DNA of 64,000 nt, taken from the NCBI GenBank assembly GCA_963555985.3, contig OY820591.1, positions 384,001 to 448,000 on the forward strand, read 5' to 3'. The notes under the pieces are model-generated. The model was given only the letters and a program-made list of their open reading frames with translations. It was not told where the DNA came from and did no database searches. The stretch's first letter is position 1. Each line of letters begins with the position of its first letter. The position numbers were made by a program, and so were the translations under genes. This document shows, one piece after another, positions 27,608 to 37,720 of this stretch. This DNA is from Dehalococcoidia bacterium (lineage in GTDB: Bacteria > Chloroflexota > Dehalococcoidia > Bin125).

Positions 27608-29275
27608 TTGCAAATGATCACCCCAGCGGTTTCGAGCGAGCGCGTGCATCAGCCGATCAACGCGGCCCACTCTGCCCACGGTTGCGCTCCCGCCCCGCCC
27701 CAGCATCCCCGTTCCCCGGCGCTTGACGACGCTCCGCACGAGGCCTGCGGCGTCTTCGGTATCTGGTCGAGTGCGGTCGACGTCGCCCGCGCTACTTTCT
27801 ACGGCCTCTACGCGCTCCAGCATCGCGGACAGGAGAGCGCCGGCATCTGCACCACCGACCGCGAGCAGCTCCGTGTCACGACCGGGATGGGGCTGGTTTC
27901 GCAGGTCTTCACCGAAGAGCAGGTCGAGCAACTCGACGGAGCCGCTGCTATTGGTCATAACCGTTATTCGACCACCGGCTCCAGCCGCTACCGCAACGCC
28001 CAGCCGATCAAACTGACCGATCCCTACAGCGGCGAGGAAGTCGCGATCGCGCACAACGGCAATGTCGTCAACGCGGTCCAGGTCAAGGCGGAACAGCTCG
28101 AAGCCGGCCACCGCTTCGAGACCCAGACCGACACTGAGGTGCTGGCCAAATACATGCTCGATCAACCGGGCGACTGGCTCGCCCGCACGACCGCGCTGAT
28201 GCGCCACATCCCCGTCGCCTACTCGTTGGTGCTGCTGACCAACGACCGCCTGATGGCGATCCGCGACCCCTACGGTGTGCGTCCGCTCTGCATCGGTGAG
28301 ATTGACGGCGGCTACGTGATCGCCTCCGAGACCTGCGCGCTCAGCAACATCGGCGCGACCTATCTCCGCGAGGTACGCCCGGGTGAACTGGTGACAATCG
28401 ACGACGACGGGCTGCGCAGCGCTCAGGCGCTCGAACCCGAACAGCCCGCAGGCTGTGTCTTCGAGCACATCTACTTCGCTCGCCCCGACTCCCAGCTCGA
28501 CGGGCGCGCCGCCGCCGAATCGCGCGATCGCTTGGGCGCAGAGCTCGCCCGCGAACAGCCTGCCGAAGCCGATGTCGTGATCGGCGTACCCGACTCCGCC
28601 ACCACGCACGCGCTCGCCTACGCGCGGGAATCGGGCCTCCCCTACGCCGAGGGACTGGTCAAGAATCGTTACGTCGGACGCACCTTCATCTCCCCGGATC
28701 AGCGCCTGCGCGACCTTGGCGCCCATCTCAAGTACAACACCGTCGATCAGTTCCTGGCCGGCAAGCGCGTGGTCGTGGTCGATGACACGATCGTGCGCGG
28801 CACCACCACGCCCCGGATCGTGCGCCTGTTGCGCGAAGCGGGCGCGACCGAAGTCCATATGCGCGTCGCCGCGCCCCCGATCCAGATGCCCTGCCACTAC
28901 GGCGTCGATATGGCTTCGCGCTCCGAACTGCTCGCGGCCACGCACTCCGCAGAGGAGATCCGGCGACATATCGAGGCCGACTCGATTGGCTACCTCAGCA
29001 TCGAAGGGCTGAACCGCGCCCTTCAGCTCGGTAAAACGACCTGTCTCGCCTGTTTCAGCGGCAACTATCCCGTCGCCGTCCAAGCCGACTTCGAGGAAGC
29101 CCGCGCGATTGATCACAGCGACCTCGCAGCCGCGGCTCCCCTGTATGTCAACGGCGCAGGTCGCAACGGACATACGCCGCACGAACCGTCCAACAACGGC
29201 CGCGGCGGTTGCCCCCGCTGCGATTTCAACGCGCACACCGACCGTTCATTGGCGGTGGCAGCGCCCGGACTATGA
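27608..29275 (+). CDS. purF: Amidophosphoribosyltransferase
   Basis: HEACGVFG, LQHRGQE, HNRYST, CVFEHIYFARPDS, VVVDDTIVRGTT; exact start uncertain. Confidence 0.95.
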   Translation: MQMITPAVSSERVHQPINAAHSAHGCAPAPPQHPRSPALDDAPHEACGVFGIWSSAVDVARATFYGLYALQHRGQESAGICTTDREQLRVTTGMGLVSQVFTEEQVEQLDGAAAIGHNRYSTTGSSRYRNAQPIKLTDPYSGEEVAIAHNGNVVNAVQVKAEQLEAGHRFETQTDTEVLAKYMLDQPGDWLARTTALMRHIPVAYSLVLLTNDRLMAIRDPYGVRPLCIGEIDGGYVIASETCALSNIGATYLREVRPGELVTIDDDGLRSAQALEPEQPAGCVFEHIYFARPDSQLDGRAAAESRDRLGAELAREQPAEADVVIGVPDSATTHALAYARESGLPYAEGLVKNRYVGRTFISPDQRLRDLGAHLKYNTVDQFLAGKRVVVVDDTIVRGTTTPRIVRLLREAGATEVHMRVAAPPIQMPCHYGVDMASRSELLAATHSAEEIRRHIEADSIGYLSIEGLNRALQLGKTTCLACFSGNYPVAVQADFEEARAIDHSDLAAAAPLYVNGAGRNGHTPHEPSNNGRGGCPRCDFNAHTDRSLAVAAPGL

Positions 29276-30393
29276 CTGAGCCACAGACGCCGTTCGCATC
29301 ACCCAGCGCGCCCCAATACGCCGCCGCCGGCGTCGATGTCGACGCCAACGACCGCCTGATCCCGCGCTACCGCCAACTCGCCCAGTCCGCAGTGCGACCC
29401 GAGCAACTTGGCGGCGTCGGACCGTTCAGCGGCCTCTTCGATCTCTCGCGCTGGCGCAATCCTGTCCTCGTCGCTTCGACCGACGGAGTAGGCACCAAAG
29501 TCATGCTCGCCACACTCGCGGGACGGCTTGATGGGGTTGGACGAGATCTCGTCAACCACTGCATCAACGACATCCTCACCGCCGGCGCGGAGCCGCTCTT
29601 CTTCCTCGACTACCTGGCCGCGCACGAACTCTCCGAAGACGACAAGGTGGCTGTCGTTTCCGGCGTCGCCGCCGCCTGCCGCGAGAGCGGCGTCGCCCTG
29701 CTCGGCGGCGAGACCGCCGATATGCCCGATCTCTATCCGTCAGGAGCGTTTGATCTCGCCGGCACGATCATCGGCGTAGTCGAACGCGGTACTCAGGTCA
29801 CCGGCGAAGCAATCGTGCCCGGCGACGTGCTGATTGGGCTGCCGAGCAACGGGTTACACACCAACGGCTACACGCTCGCCCGCGCCGCGCTCGGCTTGCG
29901 CCCCGCCGACGGATCGGAAGCGGAGCGCCGTTCGCGCCTGCTCGCACATGAACCTGAGCTCGGCGAAGCATTGGCCGACGCGCTGCTCCGCCCGCATTTG
30001 CCCTATTGGAGCGCTTTGCGTCCGCTCTTGGCGCAAGTCAAGGGCATCGCCCACATCACCGGCGGCGGCATCGCGGGCAATCTGGAGCGTATCCTGCCGC
30101 CCGAAACGGCAGCCGAGGTGACGCGCGGAAGCTGGCCCGAACCGACAATCTTCAGCCTGATTCAGCAGCGCGGCGTGATCTCCGACGAGGAAATGTTCCG
30201 AGTCTTCAACATGGGCATCGGCCTGATCATCGCCGTATCCGCAACCGACGCCTCCGCTACGCTCAGACAGTTGGGTGCGCATGGCGCAACCCAGATAGGA
30301 GCGATCACAGCTCGCGCCGGTGGCGCTGCCCCGCCGGTACGGATCGCGGGCCTCTCCGGATCGAGCAATGCGGCAGCCGCATCACAGGGGTGA
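29272..30393 (+). CDS. purM: AIR synthase
   Basis: YAAAGVD, TDGVGTK, GGETA, SNGLHTNGY, HITGGG, FNMGIG. Confidence 0.95.
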   Translation: MTEPQTPFASPSAPQYAAAGVDVDANDRLIPRYRQLAQSAVRPEQLGGVGPFSGLFDLSRWRNPVLVASTDGVGTKVMLATLAGRLDGVGRDLVNHCINDILTAGAEPLFFLDYLAAHELSEDDKVAVVSGVAAACRESGVALLGGETADMPDLYPSGAFDLAGTIIGVVERGTQVTGEAIVPGDVLIGLPSNGLHTNGYTLARAALGLRPADGSEAERRSRLLAHEPELGEALADALLRPHLPYWSALRPLLAQVKGIAHITGGGIAGNLERILPPETAAEVTRGSWPEPTIFSLIQQRGVISDEEMFRVFNMGIGLIIAVSATDASATLRQLGAHGATQIGAITARAGGAAPPVRIAGLSGSSNAAAASQG

Positions 30394-30395
30394 TC

Positions 30396-30424
30396 TTGAC
30401 CGAGTATCAGCGCCGCCTTACATT
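30396..30424 (+). promoter_or_regulatory. Putative sigma70 promoter of the cytochrome b operon
   Basis: TTGACC-N17-TACATT. Confidence 0.6.
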
Positions 30425-30491
30425 TTCTGAGCGCCCGTATCGAGCACGGCGGCGGGCGATTGGCCAACACCCATTGGGGGAGAGGTAGCCG

Positions 30492-30623
30492 GTGGACCTG
30501 CTCGTATCCGCCCTTGTCACGATTCCTTTCCGCTCCGAGATCATGGAGCTGCCGCTCGTCGGGCTGACGATGCTCTTCTGCTTCGGTGCGCTCGTCATCC
30601 TCGGACGCTGGTGGGAGCGCTAA
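30492..30623 (+). CDS. 43-aa membrane microprotein
   Basis: GGAGAGG RBS, GTG start, ...LPLVGLTMLFCFGALVILGRWWER; ends 6 nt before cytochrome b. Confidence 0.6.
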   Translation: MDLLVSALVTIPFRSEIMELPLVGLTMLFCFGALVILGRWWER

Positions 30624-30629
30624 CCGACC

Positions 30630-31385
30630 ATGGCCAATCTCGAACGCGCACCGCGCAAGTCCATGAACGAGCAGCTCTACGACCTGCTCTTCAAAAACTA
30701 CGTCTGGCAGTCGATCTTCCGCACCGGTTACCCGAACACGCCGCGTAATCAGATGCTCGCGGTGGCGACCAACGTCTTCCTCCATCTCCACCCCACGCGG
30801 ATCCACCGCACCCACGTCAAGATCACCCACACCTACTGCCTCGGCGGTCTCTCCTTCTTCATGTTCCTCGGCCTCACCGTCACCGGGGTGCTCTTGATGT
30901 TCTACTACGTCCCCTCGGTCGAACGCGCCTATCAGGACATCCAGGCGCTCGAAACCAACGTCCGCTTCGGACAGCTCCTGCGCAACATGCACCGCTGGAT
31001 GGCGCACGCGATGATCATCCTCGTGCTCTTGCACATGATGCGCGTCTTCTACACCGGCGCCTACAAGCCCCCGCGCGAGTTCAACTGGGTCGTCGGCGTC
31101 GTCCTCTTCATCCTCACCCTGCTGCTCAGCTTCACCGGCTACCTCCTCCCCTGGGATCAGCTCGCGTTCTGGGCCGTCACCGTCGGTACCACGATGGTCG
31201 GTTCGGCCCCGGTGCTCGGCGACGAGAGCAAGTTCCTGCTCCTGGGCGGCTTCTCGGTCGGCCCCGGCGCACTGATCCGCTTCTACACCCTGCATGTGAT
31301 CGGGCTGCCGCTCGTGATCTCGATCTTCATGGCCGTCCACTTCTGGAGAGTGCGCCGCGACGGCGGACTCGCCCGGCCGCTGTAG
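30630..31385 (+). CDS. Cytochrome b6-like (N-terminal cytochrome b)
   Basis: YCLGG, HRW..H...[14 protein letters not shown]...HFW; four heme His residues. Confidence 0.93.
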   Translation: MANLERAPRKSMNEQLYDLLFKNYVWQSIFRTGYPNTPRNQMLAVATNVFLHLHPTRIHRTHVKITHTYCLGGLSFFMFLGLTVTGVLLMFYYVPSVERAYQDIQALETNVRFGQLLRNMHRWMAHAMIILVLLHMMRVFYTGAYKPPREFNWVVGVVLFILTLLLSFTGYLLPWDQLAFWAVTVGTTMVGSAPVLGDESKFLLLGGFSVGPGALIRFYTLHVIGLPLVISIFMAVHFWRVRRDGGLARPL

Positions 31386-31403
31386 CGCTGCGGAGCAGGC
31401 ATC

Positions 31404-32303
31404 ATGGTCAGTCGCGCCGCTGCCGCCATTCGCACCCGCCCGCGCCGAGAGCGCGAGGCCGAAGTCTTGGTCTGGCCCGACCTCGTCTTCATCGAGTTCA
31501 TCTCCGCCCTGATCTTCTCCGTCGCCCTGATGGTGCTCTCGGCGATGGTCAACGCGCCCTTGCTCAACCGCGCCGACCCCGACACCACGCCCAACCCTTC
31601 CAAAGCGCCCTGGTACTTCCTCAACCTCCAGGAACTGCTCCTTCACATGGAGCCCGCCTGGGCCGGTGTGATCGTGCCCACCATCGTCCTCGTCTTGCTC
31701 GCCGCCATCCCCTACTGGGATCGCGACACCGAAGGTCAGGGCGTCTGGTTCGGCACCAAGTTCGCCGGACGCCTCGCCGTCTTCGGTTTCACCGCCTCGG
31801 TCATGATCACCAGCCTGCTGATCATCTACGACGGCTCGCTCCACGTGATCTGGACCGAGAACATCATCCGCGGCCTTGGCCTCAACTCCGACTTCAGCTG
31901 GCCGGGAGGCCTCGACTGGTTCCGCAACCTGCGCGGACTTGATACCGGCATCCCTTGGGAGTCGATCGGTTTCACGATCGGCGACTTCAAGATGTTCGAG
32001 GACTGGCGAGCCATTCCCTTAGGCATCCCCGGCACCACCACCGATCCGTGGCTGCTCAACCTCAACTTCCCCTCCTTCCTCTCACAACAGCTCGTGCCTG
32101 TCGCCACCATGGTCGGCCTGCCCGTCCTCTTCGTGCTCTTCTGCAAGCTGCTCGGCTGGATTCAGACCCGCCGCGACATCGCCCTGCTCATCTTCTCGGC
32201 CTTCATCGGCGTCTACCTCACGACCACCATCGTCGGTACTGCCTTCCGCGGTCAGGGCCAGGACCTCAAGCCGCCCTGGGACATCGTGGTGTTGGAGGAG
32301 TAA
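31404..32303 (+). CDS. Cytochrome b subunit IV-like protein, extended
   Basis: VWPDL, ADPDTTPNPSKAPWYF, IPYWDR. Confidence 0.85.
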   Translation: MVSRAAAAIRTRPRREREAEVLVWPDLVFIEFISALIFSVALMVLSAMVNAPLLNRADPDTTPNPSKAPWYFLNLQELLLHMEPAWAGVIVPTIVLVLLAAIPYWDRDTEGQGVWFGTKFAGRLAVFGFTASVMITSLLIIYDGSLHVIWTENIIRGLGLNSDFSWPGGLDWFRNLRGLDTGIPWESIGFTIGDFKMFEDWRAIPLGIPGTTTDPWLLNLNFPSFLSQQLVPVATMVGLPVLFVLFCKLLGWIQTRRDIALLIFSAFIGVYLTTTIVGTAFRGQGQDLKPPWDIVVLEE

Positions 32304-32306
32304 CAG

Positions 32307-33038
32307 GTGGCCAACGGATCAGATCAGTCCACGGGTGAAGGCGGACGCCAGCGCCGCCTGCCGGCCGCATCGGAGCCCTCCGGCGGCTCGCGCCCGCAAC
32401 GCGCTCCGCATCTCGCCTCCACCGCCCGCCGCGGCGTGGTCGAAGCAGGCGCAGGCGAACGCGCGATCGTCACGCGCGCCCAGCGTCGTCGCGCCCGCCA
32501 GGGACAGGTCAGCCGGCGCCAACTCCTGCGCGTCTCCTTCTGGGGCTTCTTCACCTTCGGCCTCACCGGTGGACTCGGCGCCTTCCTCTCCAACTTCTGG
32601 CCACGCAACGTCACCGGCTTCGGCGGCAAGATCTCCGTCGCCGCCTCCGATGTCCCCGCCGCCGGCGACAACCCCGAACCGATCCAGATCGGCAAGTTCT
32701 ACCTCGCCCACCTCCGCGCCGGCGAAGGTACCCACGCCGGCTTCGGCGAAGAAGGCGACGAGGGCCTGCTCGCGCTCTGGTGGAAGTGCCCCCATCTCGG
32801 TTGCACCATCCCCTGGCGGCCGGGCTTCCCCTTCGAGGGCGTCACCGGCTGGTTCCGCTGCCCCTGTCACGGCTCCACCTACACCCGCGGCGGCATCCGC
32901 GTCTTCGGACCCGCCCCGCGACCGATGGACACGATGGACATCACCGTCAACAACGACGGCTCGCTCAGCGTCGACACCGGCAAAATCACCAAGGGCGGCC
33001 AGGACAACCCCAAGCGCACCACGAGCTACAACGTCTGA
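32307..33038 (+). CDS. Rieske iron-sulfur protein
   Basis: Tat-like SRRQLL + TM; CPHLGC, CPCHGS, GPAPRP. Confidence 0.93.
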   Translation: MANGSDQSTGEGGRQRRLPAASEPSGGSRPQRAPHLASTARRGVVEAGAGERAIVTRAQRRRARQGQVSRRQLLRVSFWGFFTFGLTGGLGAFLSNFWPRNVTGFGGKISVAASDVPAAGDNPEPIQIGKFYLAHLRAGEGTHAGFGEEGDEGLLALWWKCPHLGCTIPWRPGFPFEGVTGWFRCPCHGSTYTRGGIRVFGPAPRPMDTMDITVNNDGSLSVDTGKITKGGQDNPKRTTSYNV

Positions 33039-33101
33039 TCCGGCGCAACTGCCGGAACCAACCCAACCGCCAGCGACAGCAAAGGCAGTGGACATTCAGC
33101 C

Positions 33102-34166
33102 ATGACCGGACAGAACACCGAAAAGCAGATTCTTGCGATGGTGATCCTGCTCGTATTGTCCGTCGCCTCCCTGGGCGCATATACCTGGTTCGACAACGGA
33201 CGCCGCACCGAAGCCATCTCCGAGGTCTACGAGCGCGACGCCGAGCGCGGCGCCCACATCTTCGCCCGCAACTGCCGCGTCTGCCACGGCAACGACGGCC
33301 GCGGCTCCGAATCCGACTCCTCCCTCGTCGGCCTCGCCCTCAACAAGCCCTCCAACACCTACGCCTGGCGCACTGACAACGAGGGTCAGCTCCTCACCAT
33401 CCAGAACCGCTTCCGCTACACCATCGCCTGCGGTCGCAACGGCACGCCGATGCCGCCCTGGTCGCTCGAACAGGGCGGCTCGCTCGACGACTTCAAGATC
33501 GACAACCTCGTCACCCTGATCACGACCAACGCCGGCGACGCCTGGCACGTCGCGATCGAAGCCGCCAAGCACGAGGACGAAATCAACATCGACAACCTCC
33601 ACATCGCCCTCGACGCCGCGACCGAGACGATGAACAAGTCCGGGTTCTTCCCCTCCGCCCGCGACGCCGAGGATGCCGTCAGAGTCTTCGAGGCGCGCGA
33701 CGATGAGCTCAACGCTCTCCGCGTCGCCGTCGCTGAGGCGGAAGAGTCGGGCGAAGGCCTGGAAGAGGCGGAAGCAGCTCTCGCTGAATACGAGAAGCAG
33801 TACGGCGACCTCGTGCTCGCCGCAGTCGCCGTACGCACCTCATCCGCTCTCTCAGAACGCAACGCCGCCCAGACCCTGCTCAATTCCGCCTCCCGCGTCC
33901 AGCGCGACGTCGCCGAGAAGCGCGCCTGGCTCAAGATCGCCGGTGAGTTCGAAACCGCCCGCAGCAACGTCGAAACCGCCGAAGAACGATTCGCCCAGGG
34001 CCTCCCGATCGACCAGCCCCCCGCCCAAGTCACCGCCTCCACCTGCGGACAAGTCCACGACTTCAGCCAGTTCGACCTCTCCGACATCCCCGAACTCTCG
34101 ACCGGTCAGGTCGGCGCAAACATCGGTGCGTGGCTGACCACCCTGCCTGAAGGCGACGACAGCTAG
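33102..34166 (+). CDS. Membrane-anchored monoheme cytochrome c with long helical extension
   Basis: N-terminal TM, CRVCH, GTPMPPW. Confidence 0.88.
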   Translation: MTGQNTEKQILAMVILLVLSVASLGAYTWFDNGRRTEAISEVYERDAERGAHIFARNCRVCHGNDGRGSESDSSLVGLALNKPSNTYAWRTDNEGQLLTIQNRFRYTIACGRNGTPMPPWSLEQGGSLDDFKIDNLVTLITTNAGDAWHVAIEAAKHEDEINIDNLHIALDAATETMNKSGFFPSARDAEDAVRVFEARDDELNALRVAVAEAEESGEGLEEAEAALAEYEKQYGDLVLAAVAVRTSSALSERNAAQTLLNSASRVQRDVAEKRAWLKIAGEFETARSNVETAEERFAQGLPIDQPPAQVTASTCGQVHDFSQFDLSDIPELSTGQVGANIGAWLTTLPEGDDS

Positions 34167-34259
34167 ACGACCCAGCCCCGCTCGCAAGTCTGCCTTACCC
34201 CTAACCCACCGTTCACGTATTCTGAGCGTCTAGGCCCGCTCAGTGAGGAGATATCCAAG

Positions 34260-34379
34260 ATGGCAGCCCAAACCGGCAAGCGTTACTTCTGTCCCAGCTG
34301 CGGCGCGGAGTTCATCGTCACCCGCGGCGGCGAGGCCGACCTCAAGTGCGGCGACACCCCCCTCGAACAAAAGAAGTAA
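34260..34379 (+). CDS. 39-aa Cys-containing microprotein (desulforedoxin-like pattern)
   Basis: GAGGAG RBS; MAAQTGKRYFCPSCGAEFIVTRGGEADLKCGDTPLEQKK. Confidence 0.75.
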   Translation: MAAQTGKRYFCPSCGAEFIVTRGGEADLKCGDTPLEQKK

Positions 34380-34425
34380 CCACGCCCGGACCGAACCACG
34401 CTCCCAAGCTTCCAGGAGACCCCAG

Positions 34426-34569
34426 ATGGCAGTCCAACTCGGCAAGCGCTACCGCGACGAACAAACCGGCATCGAAGTCCTCTGCATCAAGCCCGGCGAG
34501 TGCGACCTCAAGGTCGACGAGCGCGAGATGGAACTGATGCAGCCCAAAGTCCTCCCCTCCGCCGACTAG
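34426..34569 (+). CDS. 47-aa paralogous microprotein
   Basis: AGGAG RBS; MAVQLGKRYRDEQTGIEVLCIKPGECDLKVDEREMELMQPKVLPSAD. Confidence 0.75.
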   Translation: MAVQLGKRYRDEQTGIEVLCIKPGECDLKVDEREMELMQPKVLPSAD

Positions 34570-34605
34570 CTGCGATCCGCCCACAGCCCTAGCCGGCCGC
34601 CGCTC

Positions 34606-35082
34606 ATGCCCGACACGCTTCGAGACCGCCTCCGCAACGACCTCCGCGACGCCATGCGCGCGCGCGACGCTCTGCGCCGCAACACCATCCGGATGCTCGA
34701 AGCCGCGATCAAGAACGCCGAAATCGAACGCCGCCAGAAGAACACCGATCTCGCCGAAGCCGACGTCCTCGCCATCCTCCAACGCCAGGTCAAACAGCGC
34801 CGCGACTCAATCGAGCAGTTCGAGCAGGGCGGACGCGACGACCTTGCCGAGAAGGAACGCGCCGAGATCGCCGTGATCGAGACCTACCTGCCCCAACAAC
34901 TCTCGCGCGAGCAGGTGCTCGAGCGCGCCCGCGCCGTCGCCGAACAGGTCGGCGCGAGCGGCCCCGGCGATCGTGGCAAGGTCATGGGCCCGCTCATGCG
35001 CGAACTGCGCGGAATCGCCGATGGCGCAATGGTCAACGCGGTCGTCGGCGAGTTGCTGGCCGAACTCGCTCAGGCGGAATGA
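34606..35082 (+). CDS. GatB/YqeY domain protein
   Basis: DAMRARD, VKQRRDSIEQF, YLPQQL, GKVMG. Confidence 0.93.
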   Translation: MPDTLRDRLRNDLRDAMRARDALRRNTIRMLEAAIKNAEIERRQKNTDLAEADVLAILQRQVKQRRDSIEQFEQGGRDDLAEKERAEIAVIETYLPQQLSREQVLERARAVAEQVGASGPGDRGKVMGPLMRELRGIADGAMVNAVVGELLAELAQAE

Positions 35083-35192
35083 CGCGCCGCGCAGCCAGAC
35101 CCGCCTCCTATCTGGTCTGTATGATGAATTCTGCCTGAACGCGCCTGCTCGCGTGCCCAAACGATCCCCGCACGCGAGCCGACCCAGGCGGA

Positions 35193-37424
35193 ATGACCAT
35201 GGTCCGACCGACATACTTCACCGCCTGGCGAGTCGGTATCTTCGCAATTGCCCTCGCGATCGGGATCGTCCTCGCGCTCACGCCCTTCCGCCGCGCCGAA
35301 CAGTTCCCCGCGTTCGGAGCCGAGGCCGAGCGCGATGTCGTCGCCGGACACGACGTCACCTTTCGCAGCCCCACCCTGACCGAAGAAGCGCGCACTGAGG
35401 CGCGGGAGCGCGCCGAACCCCAATTCGCCTACGACACCGGCGTCCGTTCCTCCCAACTCGAAGCCTTGCGGCGCTATCTCACCGATGTCATCGCCGCCCG
35501 CGCCGCCCTAGAATCCACGCTCGCAGCCGAATCGGGCGCGACCGCAGAACCGGACGCCGCCGCTGAGACGGACACGTCCGAAACCCAGGCCGCAACCGAT
35601 ACCGCGACCCCGGCCGCTGCTCCGCCTGCCCCGCTCGCCAACTCCCGCCTCTCGATCCGCGACGAGCAACAACTCATCGCAATCGAGCGCCCCCGCTTCG
35701 TCGTCATCCACGAAGAATCGCTGCGTACCCTCGACCTCCTGCTCCAGCGGGAGCTCTATCCGCTCGATGTCGAGAGCCTGCGCCTGCGCCTCAACGACCA
35801 ACTCAGCCCGCAACTTCCCTTCACCGAGTCAGCCCTGGTCGCCACGTTGGTCGGAGCCTACCTGCGCCCGACCATGGCCGAAGACGCGATCCTCACCGAG
35901 GCTGCCCGCGATCGCGCCGCCGACGCGGTTCCCTCGGTCTCGCGCAGCTTGGTGGAGGGCGAGCTTGTCGTCGAACGCGGTCAGATCGTCGATCCGCTCG
36001 CAGCCGAGGCGCTCGCAGCGTTAACCCCAGACAGCGGCGGGATCGAGCTAGAGTCGCTCGGCGCAGTCGTCATCCTCGGACTCGCCGCCGCAACCGCCTT
36101 CGGTCTCTATCTCTATCTCGGCCGCCCCCAGGCCGTGGCCAGCGATCGACGCTTGATCCTGCTCGCCTTCCTCGTCCTCCTCTCCGTCATCGCCGCTCGC
36201 GCCTGGTTCGAGTTCGCCCTCCCCGACGGACGTGGGCAGTCGCTCGATCTGATGATCCCGCTGGCGGCCGGAGCCGTCTTGGTCGCCGCCCTGCTCAGTA
36301 CCGCACTCGGCGTCATGACCGGCGTGCTGATCGCCGCCCTCGCCGGTTTCGCCGCCATCGCGCTCCCCAACTACCCTCTGGATCCCATCGGACCGCAAGC
36401 CCTCCGCCCCTTCGCCTTCTTCCTCGTCAGCAGCCTCGGCGGCGTCCTCGTCGCCGCCCGCGCTCAGGCCCTCGCTCAGTACGGACTGGCCGGCCTCGCC
36501 GCCGGGACCACCGGGTTTCTCGTCGGCGCCGCCTTCTGGCTGCTCGATCCCGACCGCGCCACCGACCAGCTCGGTTGGCTCGCTCTGGCCGCGATCGTCA
36601 CCGCCGCCGGAGCAGCCGTGATCATCATCGGAGCCTTCTCCCTGCTCGGAGCGCTCTTCGGCATCACGACCCCGATGCGCCTGCTCGAACTCGCGCAGCT
36701 GCAACGACCGCTCCTGCGCCGGCTGCAAGATGAAGCGCCCGGCACCTTCCACCATTCCCTCCTGGTCGCCACGCTCGCCGAGCGCGCCGCCGCCCAGATC
36801 GGCGCCGACGCGCTCCTCGTCCGCGTCGGCGCCTACTACCACGACATCGGCAAGCTCCACCATCCCGCCATGTTCATCGAAAACCAGGGCGAGAGCGGCA
36901 ATCCCCACGAAGACCTGAACCCCAGAGACAGCGCGCAGGTGATCATCGCCCATGTCCACGAGGGCGACATGCTCGCCAGGCGCGGCCGCCTCCCGCTCGC
37001 AATCCGCGACTTCATCAACGAACACCACGGCTCCCGCCGCGTCACCTACTTCTACCGCAAGGCCGCCCTGGCCGATCCACGCACCGATCCCACCTGGTAC
37101 ACCTACGCCGGACCGCCCCCCCAGTCCCGCGAAACCGCCATCGTCATGCTCGCCGACAGCTGCGAAGCCGTCGTCCGCGCCAGCCGCGAACAAGACCCCC
37201 AAACCATCAGCCTGCTCGTAGACAGCGTGATCGACGAGCGCCTGCGCGAACGCCAACTCGACGAATGCGACCTCACCCTCCGAGAACTCCAACAAATCAG
37301 CGCCAGCTTCAAACAAACCCTCAACGGAGTCCACCACCAGAGAATCGAATACCCCCCAGCCAGCGAAGCCGAGCGCCGCGAACAAACCACCCGAGCCGCC
37401 CCCGCCCCCACGCCCCCGTCATAA
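35193..37424 (+). CDS. 7TM-HD (HDIG) phosphohydrolase, PgpH-like
   Basis: Extracellular domain + multiple TMs + APGTFHHS, YYHDIGK, FIENQ, EHHG, MLADSCEA. Confidence 0.9.
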   Translation: MTMVRPTYFTAWRVGIFAIALAIGIVLALTPFRRAEQFPAFGAEAERDVVAGHDVTFRSPTLTEEARTEARERAEPQFAYDTGVRSSQLEALRRYLTDVIAARAALESTLAAESGATAEPDAAAETDTSETQAATDTATPAAAPPAPLANSRLSIRDEQQLIAIERPRFVVIHEESLRTLDLLLQRELYPLDVESLRLRLNDQLSPQLPFTESALVATLVGAYLRPTMAEDAILTEAARDRAADAVPSVSRSLVEGELVVERGQIVDPLAAEALAALTPDSGGIELESLGAVVILGLAAATAFGLYLYLGRPQAVASDRRLILLAFLVLLSVIAARAWFEFALPDGRGQSLDLMIPLAAGAVLVAALLSTALGVMTGVLIAALAGFAAIALPNYPLDPIGPQALRPFAFFLVSSLGGVLVAARAQALAQYGLAGLAAGTTGFLVGAAFWLLDPDRATDQLGWLALAAIVTAAGAAVIIIGAFSLLGALFGITTPMRLLELAQLQRPLLRRLQDEAPGTFHHSLLVATLAERAAAQIGADALLVRVGAYYHDIGKLHHPAMFIENQGESGNPHEDLNPRDSAQVIIAHVHEGDMLARRGRLPLAIRDFINEHHGSRRVTYFYRKAALADPRTDPTWYTYAGPPPQSRETAIVMLADSCEAVVRASREQDPQTISLLVDSVIDERLRERQLDECDLTLRELQQISASFKQTLNGVHHQRIEYPPASEAERREQTTRAAPAPTPPS

Positions 37425-37477
37425 CCCACCCGTCATCCCCACTCCCAACCAGCTCCGTCATACCTGCACCCAGAAAT

Positions 37478-37510
37478 CCGTCATACCCGCGCTCCGCCGC
37501 GGGTATCTCG
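37478..37510 (+). repeat. REP-like family B half element
   Basis: CCGTCATACCCGCGCTCCGCCGCGGGTATCTCG; extra CCGTCAT starts at 37416, 37430, 37455. Confidence 0.8.
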
Positions 37511-37647
37511 ATGTGAGCACTACCAACCTCCAACCCTCACCCCACCTCCCCAAAATCTCCCCCTCAAGGGGGAGATGCCCCAGAGGGGCAGAGGGGGTGA
37601 AACGCCACATCAAACCCCCAACGACAACCACAACACACCCAACCAGT

Positions 37648-37677
37648 TTGCAACCCGAACATCAGAACATATAAACT
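37648..37677 (+). promoter_or_regulatory. Putative cassette promoter
   Basis: TTGCAA-N18-TAAACT; copy 2 has TTGCAA-N18-TAAGCT at 60168-60139. Confidence 0.55.
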
Positions 37678-37720
37678 CACCTATCCAAAACACAGGTTCC
37701 CAAGAAAGGAACGCCCCGCC

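Noticed and set aside
37654-37672. LexA/SOS box in cassette and gltX promoters (GAAC after -35)
   Set aside because: Only one half-site; GTTC half absent in all three
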